Assembly (NCBI GenBank): GCA_023451825.1
Contig: JAEXYA010000017.1
Location: forward strand, 12,681-76,680
Length of the DNA: 64,000 nucleotides
Origin: Pseudomonadota bacterium
GTDB taxonomy: Bacteria > Pseudomonadota > Alphaproteobacteria > Rhizobiales > Xanthobacteraceae
Direction of reading: 5' to 3'
Part shown: piece by piece, positions 1 to 8,510 of the stretch
How positions within the stretch are numbered: the first letter of the stretch is position 1
Layout: each line of letters begins with the position of its first letter
Program-made: the position numbers and the translations under genes
The notes under the pieces: model-generated
Told to the model about the DNA's origin: nothing
Databases searched by the model: none
What the model saw: the letters and a program-made list of their open reading frames with translations, nothing else

Positions 1-350
1 ATATTGTCGCGGACGCTGAGATGCGGAAACAGCGCATAGTTCTGGAACATCATATTGACCGGCCGCTGATGCGGCGGCACGGCGGCGATGTCCTCGCCGT
101 TCAGTTCGATCTTGCCCGTGTCCGGTGTCTCGAAGCCGGCCAGCATGCGCAGCAGCGTGGTCTTGCCGCAGCCGGAGGGGCCGAGCAGCGCGAAGAACTC
201 GCCTTCCTTGATATCGAGCGACAGCCCATCGACGACGGTGTGGGCGCCAAAGCGCTTCGACACGGCGTCGATCCGCAGCAGCGGCGTGGGATAGGCGACG
301 GCGAGATTGTCCTCGGTCGCGATGTCGATGGTGGCGGCAGGATTCGTCAT
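1..350 (-). CDS. ABC transporter ATP-binding protein, N-terminal part (gene continues past the 5' edge of the window)
   Basis: Own translation of the minus strand from the ATG (complement of 348-350): MTNPAATIDIATEDNLAVAYPTPLLRIDAVSKRFGAHTVVDGLSLDIKEGEFFALLGPSGCGKTTLLRMLAGFETPDTGKIELNGEDI... Walker A is GPSGCGKTT, with a PotA/CysA-like layout. Absent from the ORF track because there is no stop inside the window. Confidence 0.85.
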   Translation of the reverse strand, partial: MTNPAATIDIATEDNLAVAYPTPLLRIDAVSKRFGAHTVVDGLSLDIKEGEFFALLGPSGCGKTTLLRMLAGFETPDTGKIELNGEDIAAVPPHQRPVNMMFQNYALFPHLSVRDN

Positions 351-412
351 GGCCGCAAACTAGCGGCGGAACCGGGCGGGCTCAACTCTTGAGGCTGTTG
401 CCAGGCTGGAGA

Positions 413-517
413 CCGTAGGATGGGTTGAGCGTAGCGATACCCATCACAACGCGCGTTGGAGTTTGCGGTGATGGGTATCGCTCCGGCGCTGTCGCGCCTG
501 CGCTCAACCCATCCTAC
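413..517. repeat. REP-like nested inverted repeat (family A), copy 1
   Basis: Outer arms GTAGGATGGGTTGAGCG / CGCTCAACCCATCCTAC and inner arms GATACCCATCAC / GTGATGGGTATC. The same architecture recurs at 4271, 9506, 61610 and 62989. Intergenic. Confidence 0.85.
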
Positions 518-529
518 AATCACTCCATC

Positions 530-662
530 CCTCATCCTGAGGAGCCGCGTAGCGGCGTCTCCCAGCGAATGGCGAAGCCATTCGCAAGGGATGGCCGCGC
601 ACTCCGAGCCCGGCGGCCATGGTTCGAGACGCGGCCAAGAGGCCGCTACTCACCATGAGGGA
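530..662. other. Second imperfect palindromic intergenic element next to REP copy 1
   Basis: Central 9-bp stem gcgaatggc-gaa-gccattcgc (565-585). It is flanked by partially complementary arms (ggcgtctc / gagacgc; cctcat / atgagg). Single copy in this window, so repetitiveness cannot be shown here. Confidence 0.4.
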
Positions 663-705
663 GGAGTGTAGCGCGATAGAAGACCCCGTGAGGCGAGGGA
701 GAAAC

Positions 706-3030
706 TCACCCCGCCTTGCGCACGCCCGTCGCCTTGCCCACCAGCCCCGCATATTGCGCGATCGGCGCCGGGCGGCCGATGAAATAGCCCTGCACGCCAT
801 CGCAGCCTTCATGGGCGAGGAAGGTCAGTTGCTCATGGGTCTCGACACCCTCGGCCACGATGGAGACGTTGAGACCATGGCCGAGGCCGATCACCGCCTT
901 GACGATGGCCGCCGATTGCGGATTGCGGCCGAGATGCATCACGAAAGCACGATCGATCTTGATCTTGTCGAACGGGAACGCCTGCAGATAGGTCAGCGAC
1001 GAATAGCCCGAACCAAAATCATCCATCGAGATGCGCACGCCGAGTGCCTTCAACCTGCGCAGCAGCGCCAGGCCGCGATCGAAATCCTCGATCAGTACGC
1101 CTTCGGTGATTTCCAGTTCCAACCGGCCCGGCGCAAGGCCCGTCTCCAGCAGGATCGCATGCACGACACCGACCACATCGCCGCGCACGAATTGCGCCGG
1201 CGACAGATTGACGGCGACCTGCAGCGGCACGGCCCATGACGCCGCCTCGCGGCAGGCCTGGCGCAAAATCCATTCGCCCATCTCGACGATCAGGCCGCTC
1301 TCTTCCGCCAGCGGGATGAAATCGGCCGGCGAGACGAAACCGCGGGTCGGATGGATCCAGCGCGCCAAAGCCTCGAAGCCGGTGATATCGGCATCCAGCA
1401 CATTCTCGCTGGCGCGCGCCTGCGGCTGGTAATGCAGCGACAATTCGCCGTTACGGATGGCAGTGGAGAGATCCTGATGCAGCACGCGGCGGTCGCGCAA
1501 CTGGCGATCCATTTCCGGCTCGAACACGCTGATGGAGCCGCGCGAGCGCGATTTGGCGCGGAACAGGGCCGCACCGGAATTGGCCAGCAACGCCGCGGCA
1601 TCGCGGCCATCGCGCGGGAAGAGCGAGATGCCCGTCGTCACGGCAATCTGCACCGACTTGCCGTCGATGGCGAATGGTTGAGCCAGCGAGGCTGCAATGC
1701 GTTCCGCCAGCGCCTGCCCCACTTGCGGCTGTGCGCCGTCGATGATCACGCCGAATTCGTCGCCGCCGAGGCGCGCCACGACGCCACCGCCGACCGCAGC
1801 CTCGATCCGGCGGGACACATCCTTCAGCAGCCGGTCGCCGATGGCGTGGCCGAACACGTCGTTGATTTCCTTGAGGCCGTCGAGGTCGATCGACAGCACC
1901 GCAAATTCCTCCGAAGCATCGGTGCAGGCGTCGATCATCTGCGTCAACGCCTGCAGGAAAGCGGCGCGGTTCGGCAGGTCGGTGAGCCCGTCGTGATAGG
2001 CCATATGCGCCATCCGCGCCTCGGTCTGGCGGCGGTCGGTGACGTCTTCGTGGGTCTTGATCAGATATTGCGCCTCGCCGTCCTCATCGACAACGGTGAC
2101 GCGGCGCGTCAGGAACAACCGCAGACCATCCCGGGTCGAGATCGGATGTTCTTCGGCGATCGGCGTCTGGCTCTTGATGGCGGCCTGATCGCGGGCAACG
2201 ATGATCTTGGCTTCTTCAGGCCGCAGCATTTCCAGCACGGTCTTGCCGACCGCATCCTCGCGGCGGCGCCCGAGGATCACCTCGGAATTACGATTGGCGA
2301 ACAGATAACGGCCGGTCGCCACGTCCTGCACCATCAGCGACACCGGAATATGGTCGAGCACCGTCTGCTGGAACTGCTTGGTATTCGCCAGCTCGTTCTG
2401 CATCCGGCGCTGCTCGGTGCAGTCCTCGTGAATGCCGATCCAGCCGCCATTGGGCAGTCGGCTGAACTTGATATGGACGAATTGCTCACCGGGCAGCTCG
2501 GCGACATAGCCGCCCGAAGACAGCGCCCTGTCGAAATGCACATCCTCGTTGATGCCGGCCACACCGCGCTGGCGGCGCAATTCGCGCAGGCCGGGGCCAG
2601 TCATGCCGCGGGTGATATCGGCACGCGTCAGCTTGTAGATATCCAGATAGCGGTCATTGCAAAAAACGACGCGCTTCTGCGCATCGAGCATGACGATGCC
2701 CTGACCGAGATGATTGAGTGCAGATCCAACAAATTCATTACGTTGCTGCTGCTGACGCTGCACGCTGCCGAGCGCAGACGCGACCCAGAACACGATCGCC
2801 GTGGTGAAGGCACCGACCACCAGGCCGCCGATCACCACATGCCAGATGAAATAGGGATCGGCCACTTGCTGCGCCGTCTGTACGGCGACCGTCGCGTTGT
2901 CGGCGGCCGCAGGGGTGAGGCTGGAAAACAGACAAGCGGCGGCGATGGCGCATCCAGTCGCCCCCCTCATTGCTCGCTCGATCTTGCCAGTCATTGCGCA
3001 CCCGCGTATTCGCAGAGTGCAAGTCTTCAA
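706..3030 (-). CDS. Membrane-anchored PAS-GGDEF-EAL signalling protein (diguanylate cyclase/phosphodiesterase)
   Basis: 774-aa ORF with an N-terminal signal/TM segments, a PAS-like region, a GGDEF motif (ARLGGDEFGVII) and an EAL motif (GFEALARW...). The exact start is uncertain; several in-frame Met lie near the N-terminus. Confidence 0.9.
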   Translation of the reverse strand: MKTCTLRIRGCAMTGKIERAMRGATGCAIAAACLFSSLTPAAADNATVAVQTAQQVADPYFIWHVVIGGLVVGAFTTAIVFWVASALGSVQRQQQQRNEFVGSALNHLGQGIVMLDAQKRVVFCNDRYLDIYKLTRADITRGMTGPGLRELRRQRGVAGINEDVHFDRALSSGGYVAELPGEQFVHIKFSRLPNGGWIGIHEDCTEQRRMQNELANTKQFQQTVLDHIPVSLMVQDVATGRYLFANRNSEVILGRRREDAVGKTVLEMLRPEEAKIIVARDQAAIKSQTPIAEEHPISTRDGLRLFLTRRVTVVDEDGEAQYLIKTHEDVTDRRQTEARMAHMAYHDGLTDLPNRAAFLQALTQMIDACTDASEEFAVLSIDLDGLKEINDVFGHAIGDRLLKDVSRRIEAAVGGGVVARLGGDEFGVIIDGAQPQVGQALAERIAASLAQPFAIDGKSVQIAVTTGISLFPRDGRDAAALLANSGAALFRAKSRSRGSISVFEPEMDRQLRDRRVLHQDLSTAIRNGELSLHYQPQARASENVLDADITGFEALARWIHPTRGFVSPADFIPLAEESGLIVEMGEWILRQACREAASWAVPLQVAVNLSPAQFVRGDVVGVVHAILLETGLAPGRLELEITEGVLIEDFDRGLALLRRLKALGVRISMDDFGSGYSSLTYLQAFPFDKIKIDRAFVMHLGRNPQSAAIVKAVIGLGHGLNVSIVAEGVETHEQLTFLAHEGCDGVQGYFIGRPAPIAQYAGLVGKATGVRKAG

Positions 3031-3165
3031 TTCCAGGTATTGGGATCAGGTAAATGCGTGTGAACGCAGGCTGACCAATCCTGGAAATTGATGGGTATTC
3101 GGCTGCGATGCTTAATGCTTTGCTAAAATGCGTCGCAACCGGGAAGAATTAGGGCCTGAATCGAA

Positions 3166-4269
3166 ATGGACAGGGTTGAATGCGTCGTGGTCGGCGCCGG
3201 TGTCGTGGGCCTCGCCATTGCCCGCCGGCTGGCGGAAGCGGGCCGCGAAGTCATCGTTCTGGAAGCCGCCGACGCCATCGGCACGGTCACCTCCTCGCGC
3301 AACAGCGAAGTGATCCATGCGGGCATCTATTATGCCGCCGGCAGCCTGATGGCCAAGCTGTGCGTCGAAGGCAAACACAAGCTCTACGCCTATTGCAGCA
3401 GCCGCGGCATCCCGCACAACAATTGTGGCAAGCTGATTGTCGCGACACGGCCGGAGGAAATGGCCAAGCTCGCCTCCATCAAGGCGCATGCCGAAGCCAA
3501 TGGCGTCGCCGACATGCAGGTGCTGTCGGGCGATGACGCCCGCGCGCTCGAGCCGGCGCTGGCCTGCGAAGGCGCGCTGCTGTCGCCTTCGACGGGGATC
3601 ATCGACAGCCACTCTTACATGTTGTCGCTGCGCGGCGAGGCCGAAGCCGCCGGTGCGGCCTTTGCCTTCCTGGCACCATTCGAGCGCGGCCGCGTGACGG
3701 CTGAGGGCTTCGAGATCGAAGTCGGCGGCGATGCACCCATGACGCTTGGCTGCGACATGCTGATCAATTCCGCGGGCCTTACCGCCACCATGATCGCGCG
3801 CCTGCTCGAAGGCATGCCGCTCGACCTGATCCCGCCGGCCTATCTCGCCAAGGGCTGCTACTTCAGTTGCAACGCCAAGGCGCCGTTCTCGCGCCTGATC
3901 TATCCCGTGCCTGAGCCCGGCGGCCTCGGCGTGCATTTGACGCTCGATCTCGCGGGACAAGCGCGTTTCGGCCCCGATGTGGAATGGGTCGATCACATCG
4001 ATTACGAAGTCGATCCCGCGCGCGGCGAAAAATTCTACCCCGCCATCCGCCGCTACTGGCCATCGCTGCCGGACGGCGCCCTGATGCCGAGCTATTCCGG
4101 CATGCGCCCGAAGATCGTGCCGCCGGCCGTGGCAACGCAGGATTTTATGATCCAGGGACCAATGGTGCATGGCGTGCCGGGTTTGATCAACCTGTTCGGC
4201 ATCGAGTCGCCGGGGCTGACGTCATCGCTGGCGATTGCGGATTATGTGGCTGAGGTGGCGGGACTGTAG
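3166..4269 (+). CDS. FAD-dependent oxidoreductase (LhgO/YgaF-like 2-hydroxyglutarate oxidase family)
   Basis: 367 aa. N-terminal dinucleotide-binding fold [27 protein letters not shown], followed by [14 protein letters not shown], typical of this DAO-superfamily branch. Confidence 0.8.
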   Translation: MDRVECVVVGAGVVGLAIARRLAEAGREVIVLEAADAIGTVTSSRNSEVIHAGIYYAAGSLMAKLCVEGKHKLYAYCSSRGIPHNNCGKLIVATRPEEMAKLASIKAHAEANGVADMQVLSGDDARALEPALACEGALLSPSTGIIDSHSYMLSLRGEAEAAGAAFAFLAPFERGRVTAEGFEIEVGGDAPMTLGCDMLINSAGLTATMIARLLEGMPLDLIPPAYLAKGCYFSCNAKAPFSRLIYPVPEPGGLGVHLTLDLAGQARFGPDVEWVDHIDYEVDPARGEKFYPAIRRYWPSLPDGALMPSYSGMRPKIVPPAVATQDFMIQGPMVHGVPGLINLFGIESPGLTSSLAIADYVAEVAGL

Positions 4270-4270
4270 A

Positions 4271-4375
4271 CCGTAGGATGGGTTGAGCGAAGCGATACCC
4301 ATCACCACAAACGCCGGCGCATGTGGTGATGGGTATCGCTCCAGCGCTTCGCGCTTCCGCTCAACCCATCCTACG
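4271..4375. repeat. REP-like nested inverted repeat (family A), copy 2
   Basis: CCGTAGGATGGGTTGAGCGAAGCGATACCCATCACCAC...GTGGTGATGGGTATCGC...CGCTCAACCCATCCTACG, immediately after the stop of the oxidoreductase gene. Confidence 0.85.
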
Positions 4376-4549
4376 CCATCGCGTTTGATGTGAAAGCCGC
4401 ACCTGCGTCCGAAGCAATCCTGTCCAACCGAAGTATCAGATCGCTTCGTCGCAAGAGCTTGAGCCGTGTGGGCATCATGACTGCACGATGCGGACACGCT
4501 GGCCTGACAACGTCATGTGATGAGGCGTGATGTCAGGGAATGTGGGGAA

Positions 4550-4732
4550 TTAATGCAGCGTTGTGCTGGTTTGTCGAAGGCGTTCGATCTCGTCCTTGAC
4601 CATCAGTTTCCGGCGCTTGAGTTCCACGATGCGAAGATCATCGGTGGACAGATGCAGCAAGGCATCGTGCAATTCGGTTTCGAGAACCTTGTGCTTGCGT
4701 TCCAGTTCGACCAGATGCGCCTGAAGTGCCAT
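4550..4732 (-). CDS. DUF465 (YdcH-like) small coiled-coil protein
   Basis: 60 aa from an internal Met of track ORF 4550..4954: MALQAHLVELERKHKVLETELHDALLHLSTDDLRIVELKRRKLMVKDEIERLRQ... The L-K-R-(R/K)-K-L-x-x-K-D motif is typical of DUF465. ATG confirmed at complement 4730-4732. Confidence 0.7.
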   Translation of the reverse strand: MALQAHLVELERKHKVLETELHDALLHLSTDDLRIVELKRRKLMVKDEIERLRQTSTTLH

Positions 4733-4983
4733 TCGAAAACTCCTCGGTGGTTGAAGAAAACCAAAGTTCGGTTTCGGTTGGACGATGAAGTCTACATGAC
4801 AGTGGACATCTGTCGATGGGTCTTGAAAATTGTACCGCCGCGCTCCGCACATCGTGAAAAATGAATCGTAAGGAATGCGCTGCAAAATGCCGGAACCCGA
4901 TGGCTTGCGCGGACCACGTCCAGCAGCGATAGTTACCTTACGGATTCCCGCCAAACGACCGGCCGGCCAAGTCAGCGAAGATC

Positions 4984-5190
4984 ATGAACGACGACGAAGA
5001 TCGCGAACTCCCTGCCGAATTGGCCCGATTGCAGCAAGAACACCGCGATCTCGATGCTGCCATCGACGCTTTGCAGCGGTCGCCGGCGCCCGACCTGTTG
5101 CAGCTTCAACGATTGAAAAAACGCAAGCTGCAATTGCGGGATCGCATCTCGGTGGTGTCGGATCAGATTACCCCTGACATCATCGCCTGA
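4984..5190 (+). CDS. DUF465 (YdcH-like) small protein, paralog of 4550..4732
   Basis: 68 aa: ...LARLQQEHRDLDAAIDALQRSPAPDLLQLQRLKKRKLQLRDRISVV... Same family signature. Confidence 0.75.
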   Translation: MNDDEDRELPAELARLQQEHRDLDAAIDALQRSPAPDLLQLQRLKKRKLQLRDRISVVSDQITPDIIA

Positions 5191-5506
5191 GACAACAGGT
5201 CACGTCCGTCGCTCCGGTTCCAGCGATCGGCGCATCGGATATCGCGCCGGTTTGGGATGAATTCACTGCCTCTGTGATGCCGCAAGACGGCCGCTAGGCT
5301 GCCGCACCATTTTTAGCGGAAACCGTATCAGACTGCGTCAAATCCGGGCTTGCCGCGCCTGCGCGTCGGGTTTTCTTTTGCATCGGATTTGTTACAAGGC
5401 TGTCCCGTCATCAGTGACGAGATTGTTCGTTCGACGCTTCCTGCGCCGCAGGGAGCGCCTTTGGTATTTTCAGCTATCCTTCTGGATTCGCGAAAGAAAT
5501 CACGGA

Positions 5507-5995
5507 ATGTCCGCGCCCGTCGCCATCATCATGGGAAGCCAGTCCGACTGGGAAACCATGCGCCACGCCTCCGAGACCCTGACGGCGCTGGGCATCGCCC
5601 ATGATACCCGCATTGTATCGGCGCATCGCACCCCGGATCGTCTGGTGGCCTTCGCGAAGGGCGCGAAAACGGCTGGATTCCAAGTGATCATCGCCGGCGC
5701 TGGCGGTGCGGCGCATCTGCCGGGCATGGCGGCAGCATTGACGGAGCTGCCGGTGTTCGGCGTGCCCGTGGAATCGAAAGCGCTGTCCGGCGTCGATTCT
5801 CTTTATTCGATCGTACAGATGCCCGGCGGTATTCCTGTTGGCACGCTGGCGATCGGCAAGCCCGGCGCGATCAATGCCGCGCTGCTGGCAGCCTCGGTGC
5901 TCGCTCTGCATGACGATGGTCTTGCCACGCGCCTCAAAGCCTGGCGCCAGGCGCAGACGGACGCTGTGGCCGAAAAGCCGGAAGGTGCTGCGTAA
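5507..5995 (+). CDS. purE: N5-carboxyaminoimidazole ribonucleotide mutase
   Basis: [46 protein letters not shown]...[10 protein letters not shown] is a classic PurE sequence. Start placed at the internal ATG 5507 of track ORF 5378..5995. Confidence 0.95.
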   Translation: MSAPVAIIMGSQSDWETMRHASETLTALGIAHDTRIVSAHRTPDRLVAFAKGAKTAGFQVIIAGAGGAAHLPGMAAALTELPVFGVPVESKALSGVDSLYSIVQMPGGIPVGTLAIGKPGAINAALLAASVLALHDDGLATRLKAWRQAQTDAVAEKPEGAA

Positions 5996-7089
5996 TGGCT
6001 CCGGCGATGAAAGTGCTGAAGCCCGGCGATACCATCGGCATTCTCGGCGGCGGCCAGCTCGGTCGCATGCTTGCGCTTGCGGCTGCGCGACTTGGTTTGA
6101 AGTGCCAGGTGTTTTCGCCCGATCCGGATTCGCCGGCTTTCGACGTCGTGCAGAACGCGACCTGCGCTGAATATGCCGACGTCGAGGCGCTCGAACTGTT
6201 CGCCAATGACTGCGATGTCATCACCTATGAATTCGAGAATGTGCCGGCTGCGACGGCATTGATCCTCGACGCGCGCCGTCCTGTTCTGCCGGCGCAGAGC
6301 ATTCTGCAGACCACGCAGGATCGCCTTGTGGAGAAGGACTTCGTCACCGGTCTCGGTATCGGCACTGCCGGCTATGCCGGCGTGTCCAGCGCCGGCGAAC
6401 TCCGCGATGCCGTCAAGAAACTTGGCCTGCCCGCGGTGATCAAGACGCGCCGTTTCGGCTATGACGGCAAGGGCCAGGCGATGATCCGCGAAGGCGACGA
6501 TCTCGATCAGGTCTGGGACGATCTCGGCACCAAGGACGCCATTCTCGAAGCTTTTGTCCCATTCGAGCGCGAAGTCTCCGTCATCGCCGCGCGCGGCGCC
6601 GATGGCAGCGTCGAAACGTTCGACGTCACTGAGAACGAGCATCGCGATCACATCCTGAAATTCTCGCACGCGCCCGCCCGCATTCCCGATGCGCTGGCCG
6701 CCAAGGCACGCGAGATCGCCGAGAAGATCGGCACCGCGCTCGGCTATGTCGGCACATTTGCGGTCGAGTTGTTCGTCGTCCCCGGCAAGGATGGTCCCTC
6801 GCTGGTGGTCAACGAGATCGCTCCGCGCGTGCATAATTCCGGCCACTGGACGCTGGATGGCGCCTCGGTCTCACAATTCGAGCAGCATATCCGCGCCATC
6901 GCCGGCTGGCCGCTCGGCAAGCCTGTGCGCCACGGCCAGGTCACCATGACCAACCTGATCGGCGACGACATTCTGGATTATCCGAAATGGCTGGCGATCC
7001 CCGGCGCCACCGTGCATCTCTATGGCAAGGGCTCCCCCCGCCCCGGCCGCAAGATGGGTCATGTGGTCGAGGTCAAACCTCAGGTTTAA
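5995..7089 (+). CDS. purK: N5-carboxyaminoimidazole ribonucleotide synthase
   Basis: 364 aa. ATP-grasp N-terminus IGILGGGQLGRMLALAAARLG. Stop/start overlap (TAATG) with purE. Confidence 0.95.
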   Translation: MAPAMKVLKPGDTIGILGGGQLGRMLALAAARLGLKCQVFSPDPDSPAFDVVQNATCAEYADVEALELFANDCDVITYEFENVPAATALILDARRPVLPAQSILQTTQDRLVEKDFVTGLGIGTAGYAGVSSAGELRDAVKKLGLPAVIKTRRFGYDGKGQAMIREGDDLDQVWDDLGTKDAILEAFVPFEREVSVIAARGADGSVETFDVTENEHRDHILKFSHAPARIPDALAAKAREIAEKIGTALGYVGTFAVELFVVPGKDGPSLVVNEIAPRVHNSGHWTLDGASVSQFEQHIRAIAGWPLGKPVRHGQVTMTNLIGDDILDYPKWLAIPGATVHLYGKGSPRPGRKMGHVVEVKPQV

Positions 7090-7155
7090 CCCCTCCTGCG
7101 GCCGTTTTGCCGTGACACAGAACTGGGAACCCGGACCCGACTGTTGAGAAAACCT

Positions 7156-7175
7156 CGATTTTCCGCGGAAAATCG
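7156..7175. promoter_or_regulatory. Perfect 20-bp palindrome cgattttccgcggaaaatcg between purK and rpsU
   Basis: Read directly. Lies 67 nt after the purK stop and about 135 nt before the rpsU start. Could be an operator or a stem-loop; function unknown. Confidence 0.35.
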
Positions 7176-7310
7176 CCGAATGAGCTTTGGGGCGTGGTGG
7201 ACATTCACCATTTCATCTGTTAGATGAGCGCCCTTACAGGTTAAGGACCTGGCCTTCGTCGGTCCTTTTCTTACCCGAAATTCTGATCCGTATGATGAAG
7301 AGGATGCCGC

Positions 7311-7619
7311 GTGCAGGTTCTCGTTCGCGATAACAATGTTGACCAGGCTCTCAAGGCGCTGAAGAAGAAGATGCAGCGCGAGGGCATTTTCCGCGAGATG
7401 AAGCTCCGCGGTCACTACGAGAAGCCGTCTGAGAAGAAGGCCCGTGAAAAGGCTGAAGCCGTGCGTCGCGCACGCAAGCTGGCCCGCAAGAAGCTGCAGC
7501 GCGAAGGCCTGCTGCCGATGAAGCCGAAGCCGGTGTTCGGCGCTGGCCCCGGTGGCGAGCGCGGTGGCCGTCCGGGTGCAGGCGGCGCAGGTGCCGGCGC
7601 GCCGCGTCCGGCTCGCTAA
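7311..7619 (+). CDS. rpsU: 30S ribosomal protein S21 with a Gly/Ala/Pro-rich C-terminal extension
   Basis: GTG start. [61 protein letters not shown] is canonical S21, followed by about 35 low-complexity residues. Confidence 0.9.
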   Translation: MQVLVRDNNVDQALKALKKKMQREGIFREMKLRGHYEKPSEKKAREKAEAVRRARKLARKKLQREGLLPMKPKPVFGAGPGGERGGRPGAGGAGAGAPRPAR

Positions 7620-7640
7620 GCCAAGCAATCGTTGATGTTG

Positions 7641-7673
7641 ATAACGCGGGCCTCGAGCCCGCGTTATTTTTTT
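7641..7673 (+). terminator. Rho-independent terminator of rpsU
   Basis: 11-bp stem ataacgcgggc / gcccgcgttat, loop ctcga, then a T-run (7668-7673). Confidence 0.8.
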
Positions 7674-7776
7674 GCCCGCACAGTTTTTTACGGGCATGGA
7701 CAAAAGCGCGCCGCTTTGTCCGGATGCAATTGTCTCGCTGACGCGGTAGGAAGCTTCACGAACTGTTGCGAGAGAC

Positions 7777-8448
7777 TTGTCCTGCATGGACCGACGGCTG
7801 ACCACATCGCCATCCTGCATCGGCAAGCGCGGCGCCGCCGTTCTCGCATTGCTGCTGACAAGCCTCTGCGCGGGCGGCTGTTCATTCAACCTGGCCTCAC
7901 TGACACCGGGCGCCGACAAGGACGAGCCGAAGCCGACGGCCACCGCTGCGCCGCAGACCCGCAGTCTTTCTGCCAAGGCCGATCCACAGGAGTCCAAGAT
8001 CCAGGCCGCGCGCGGGGCGAGCCTTGCGCAAGCCGGCCAGAGTGCCGAAGCGTTGGCCGCTTACAACACGGCTATCGATCTAGACCCCGCCAGCGCACAG
8101 GCCTTTTATCAACGTGGCCTGCTGTATCAGTCAGAGAAGAACTACGAATTTGCCATCGCGGATTTCACTTCCGCAAATGGCCTGACGCCGCAGCAGCCCG
8201 ATTCCTTGCTGGGCCGCGCGCAATGTTATCTCGCGCTCGGCAAGAATCAGGAAGCCGCAGCCGATCTTGACGAAGCGGCGAGCGCTGCGCCCGGCAACGC
8301 GCAAATCTGGATGGCCCGCGGCGCAGCCTATGAGAAACTCGGCAATAAGGAAAAGGCGGCGGACTCATTCAGCCGTGCGGTCTTGCTACGACCGAATGAC
8401 GACGCCGCTCGCAACGGCATGACGCGGAACGGCGGCCGAACGGGATAG
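7777..8448 (+). CDS. TPR-repeat lipoprotein
   Basis: 223 aa. Signal peptide with a lipobox-like LCAGGC. At least three TPR units (AEALAAYNTAIDLDP..., AIADFTSANGLTP..., AADSFSRAVLLRPND). Confidence 0.8.
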   Translation: MSCMDRRLTTSPSCIGKRGAAVLALLLTSLCAGGCSFNLASLTPGADKDEPKPTATAAPQTRSLSAKADPQESKIQAARGASLAQAGQSAEALAAYNTAIDLDPASAQAFYQRGLLYQSEKNYEFAIADFTSANGLTPQQPDSLLGRAQCYLALGKNQEAAADLDEAASAAPGNAQIWMARGAAYEKLGNKEKAADSFSRAVLLRPNDDAARNGMTRNGGRTG

Positions 8449-8510
8449 TCTGCCGCCGCAGCCTAGCAGGGCAAAGACGTATGCGGCGCCGGCTGAGGTC
8501 TGTTTGAGCT

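Noticed and set aside
615-630. tRNA T-arm-like string GGTTCGAGAC.
   Set aside because: No acceptor, D or anticodon stems can be built around it. It lies inside the palindromic intergenic element 530-662.
425-671. Small ORFs encoded within REP elements: 425..658, 456..671, 347..535, 4222..4497, the N-terminal part of 9473..9994, and the N-terminal extension of 61845..63053.
   Set aside because: They are translations of the palindromic repeat arms (recurrent peptides such as VGWVERS.., MGIA..LNPSY), not genes.
1351-3063. 570-aa plus-strand ORF antisense to the GGDEF-EAL gene. Similar long shadow ORFs occur at 3112..4170(-), 5803..6846(-), 12790..13863(+), 14197..15534(+), 17043..18356(+), 21146..22024(-), 23381..24139(-), 26148..27149(-), 31213..32046(-), 33152..34573(-), 58036..59046(+), 60132..60770(-) and 62007..62942(+).
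   Set aside because: Their composition is Arg/Gly/Ala/His/Asp-rich and they lack recognisable motifs. In each case the opposite strand encodes a protein with clear family signatures. This is the typical stop-codon-poor antisense frame of high-GC DNA.
5191-5506. Looked for a purine/ZTP-type riboswitch upstream of purE.
   Set aside because: I could not find the conserved ZTP (pfl) or purine riboswitch core sequences. Only a short hairpin (cggcgc-N9-gcgccg) is present, and it more likely ends the DUF465 transcript.
7086-7997. 303-aa minus-strand ORF covering the rpsU region, and the plus-strand ORF 7632..8270.
   Set aside because: The first is antisense to canonical S21 and runs through its terminator. 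7632..8270 is out of frame with the TPR lipoprotein, which has a signal peptide, a lipobox and TPR repeats.
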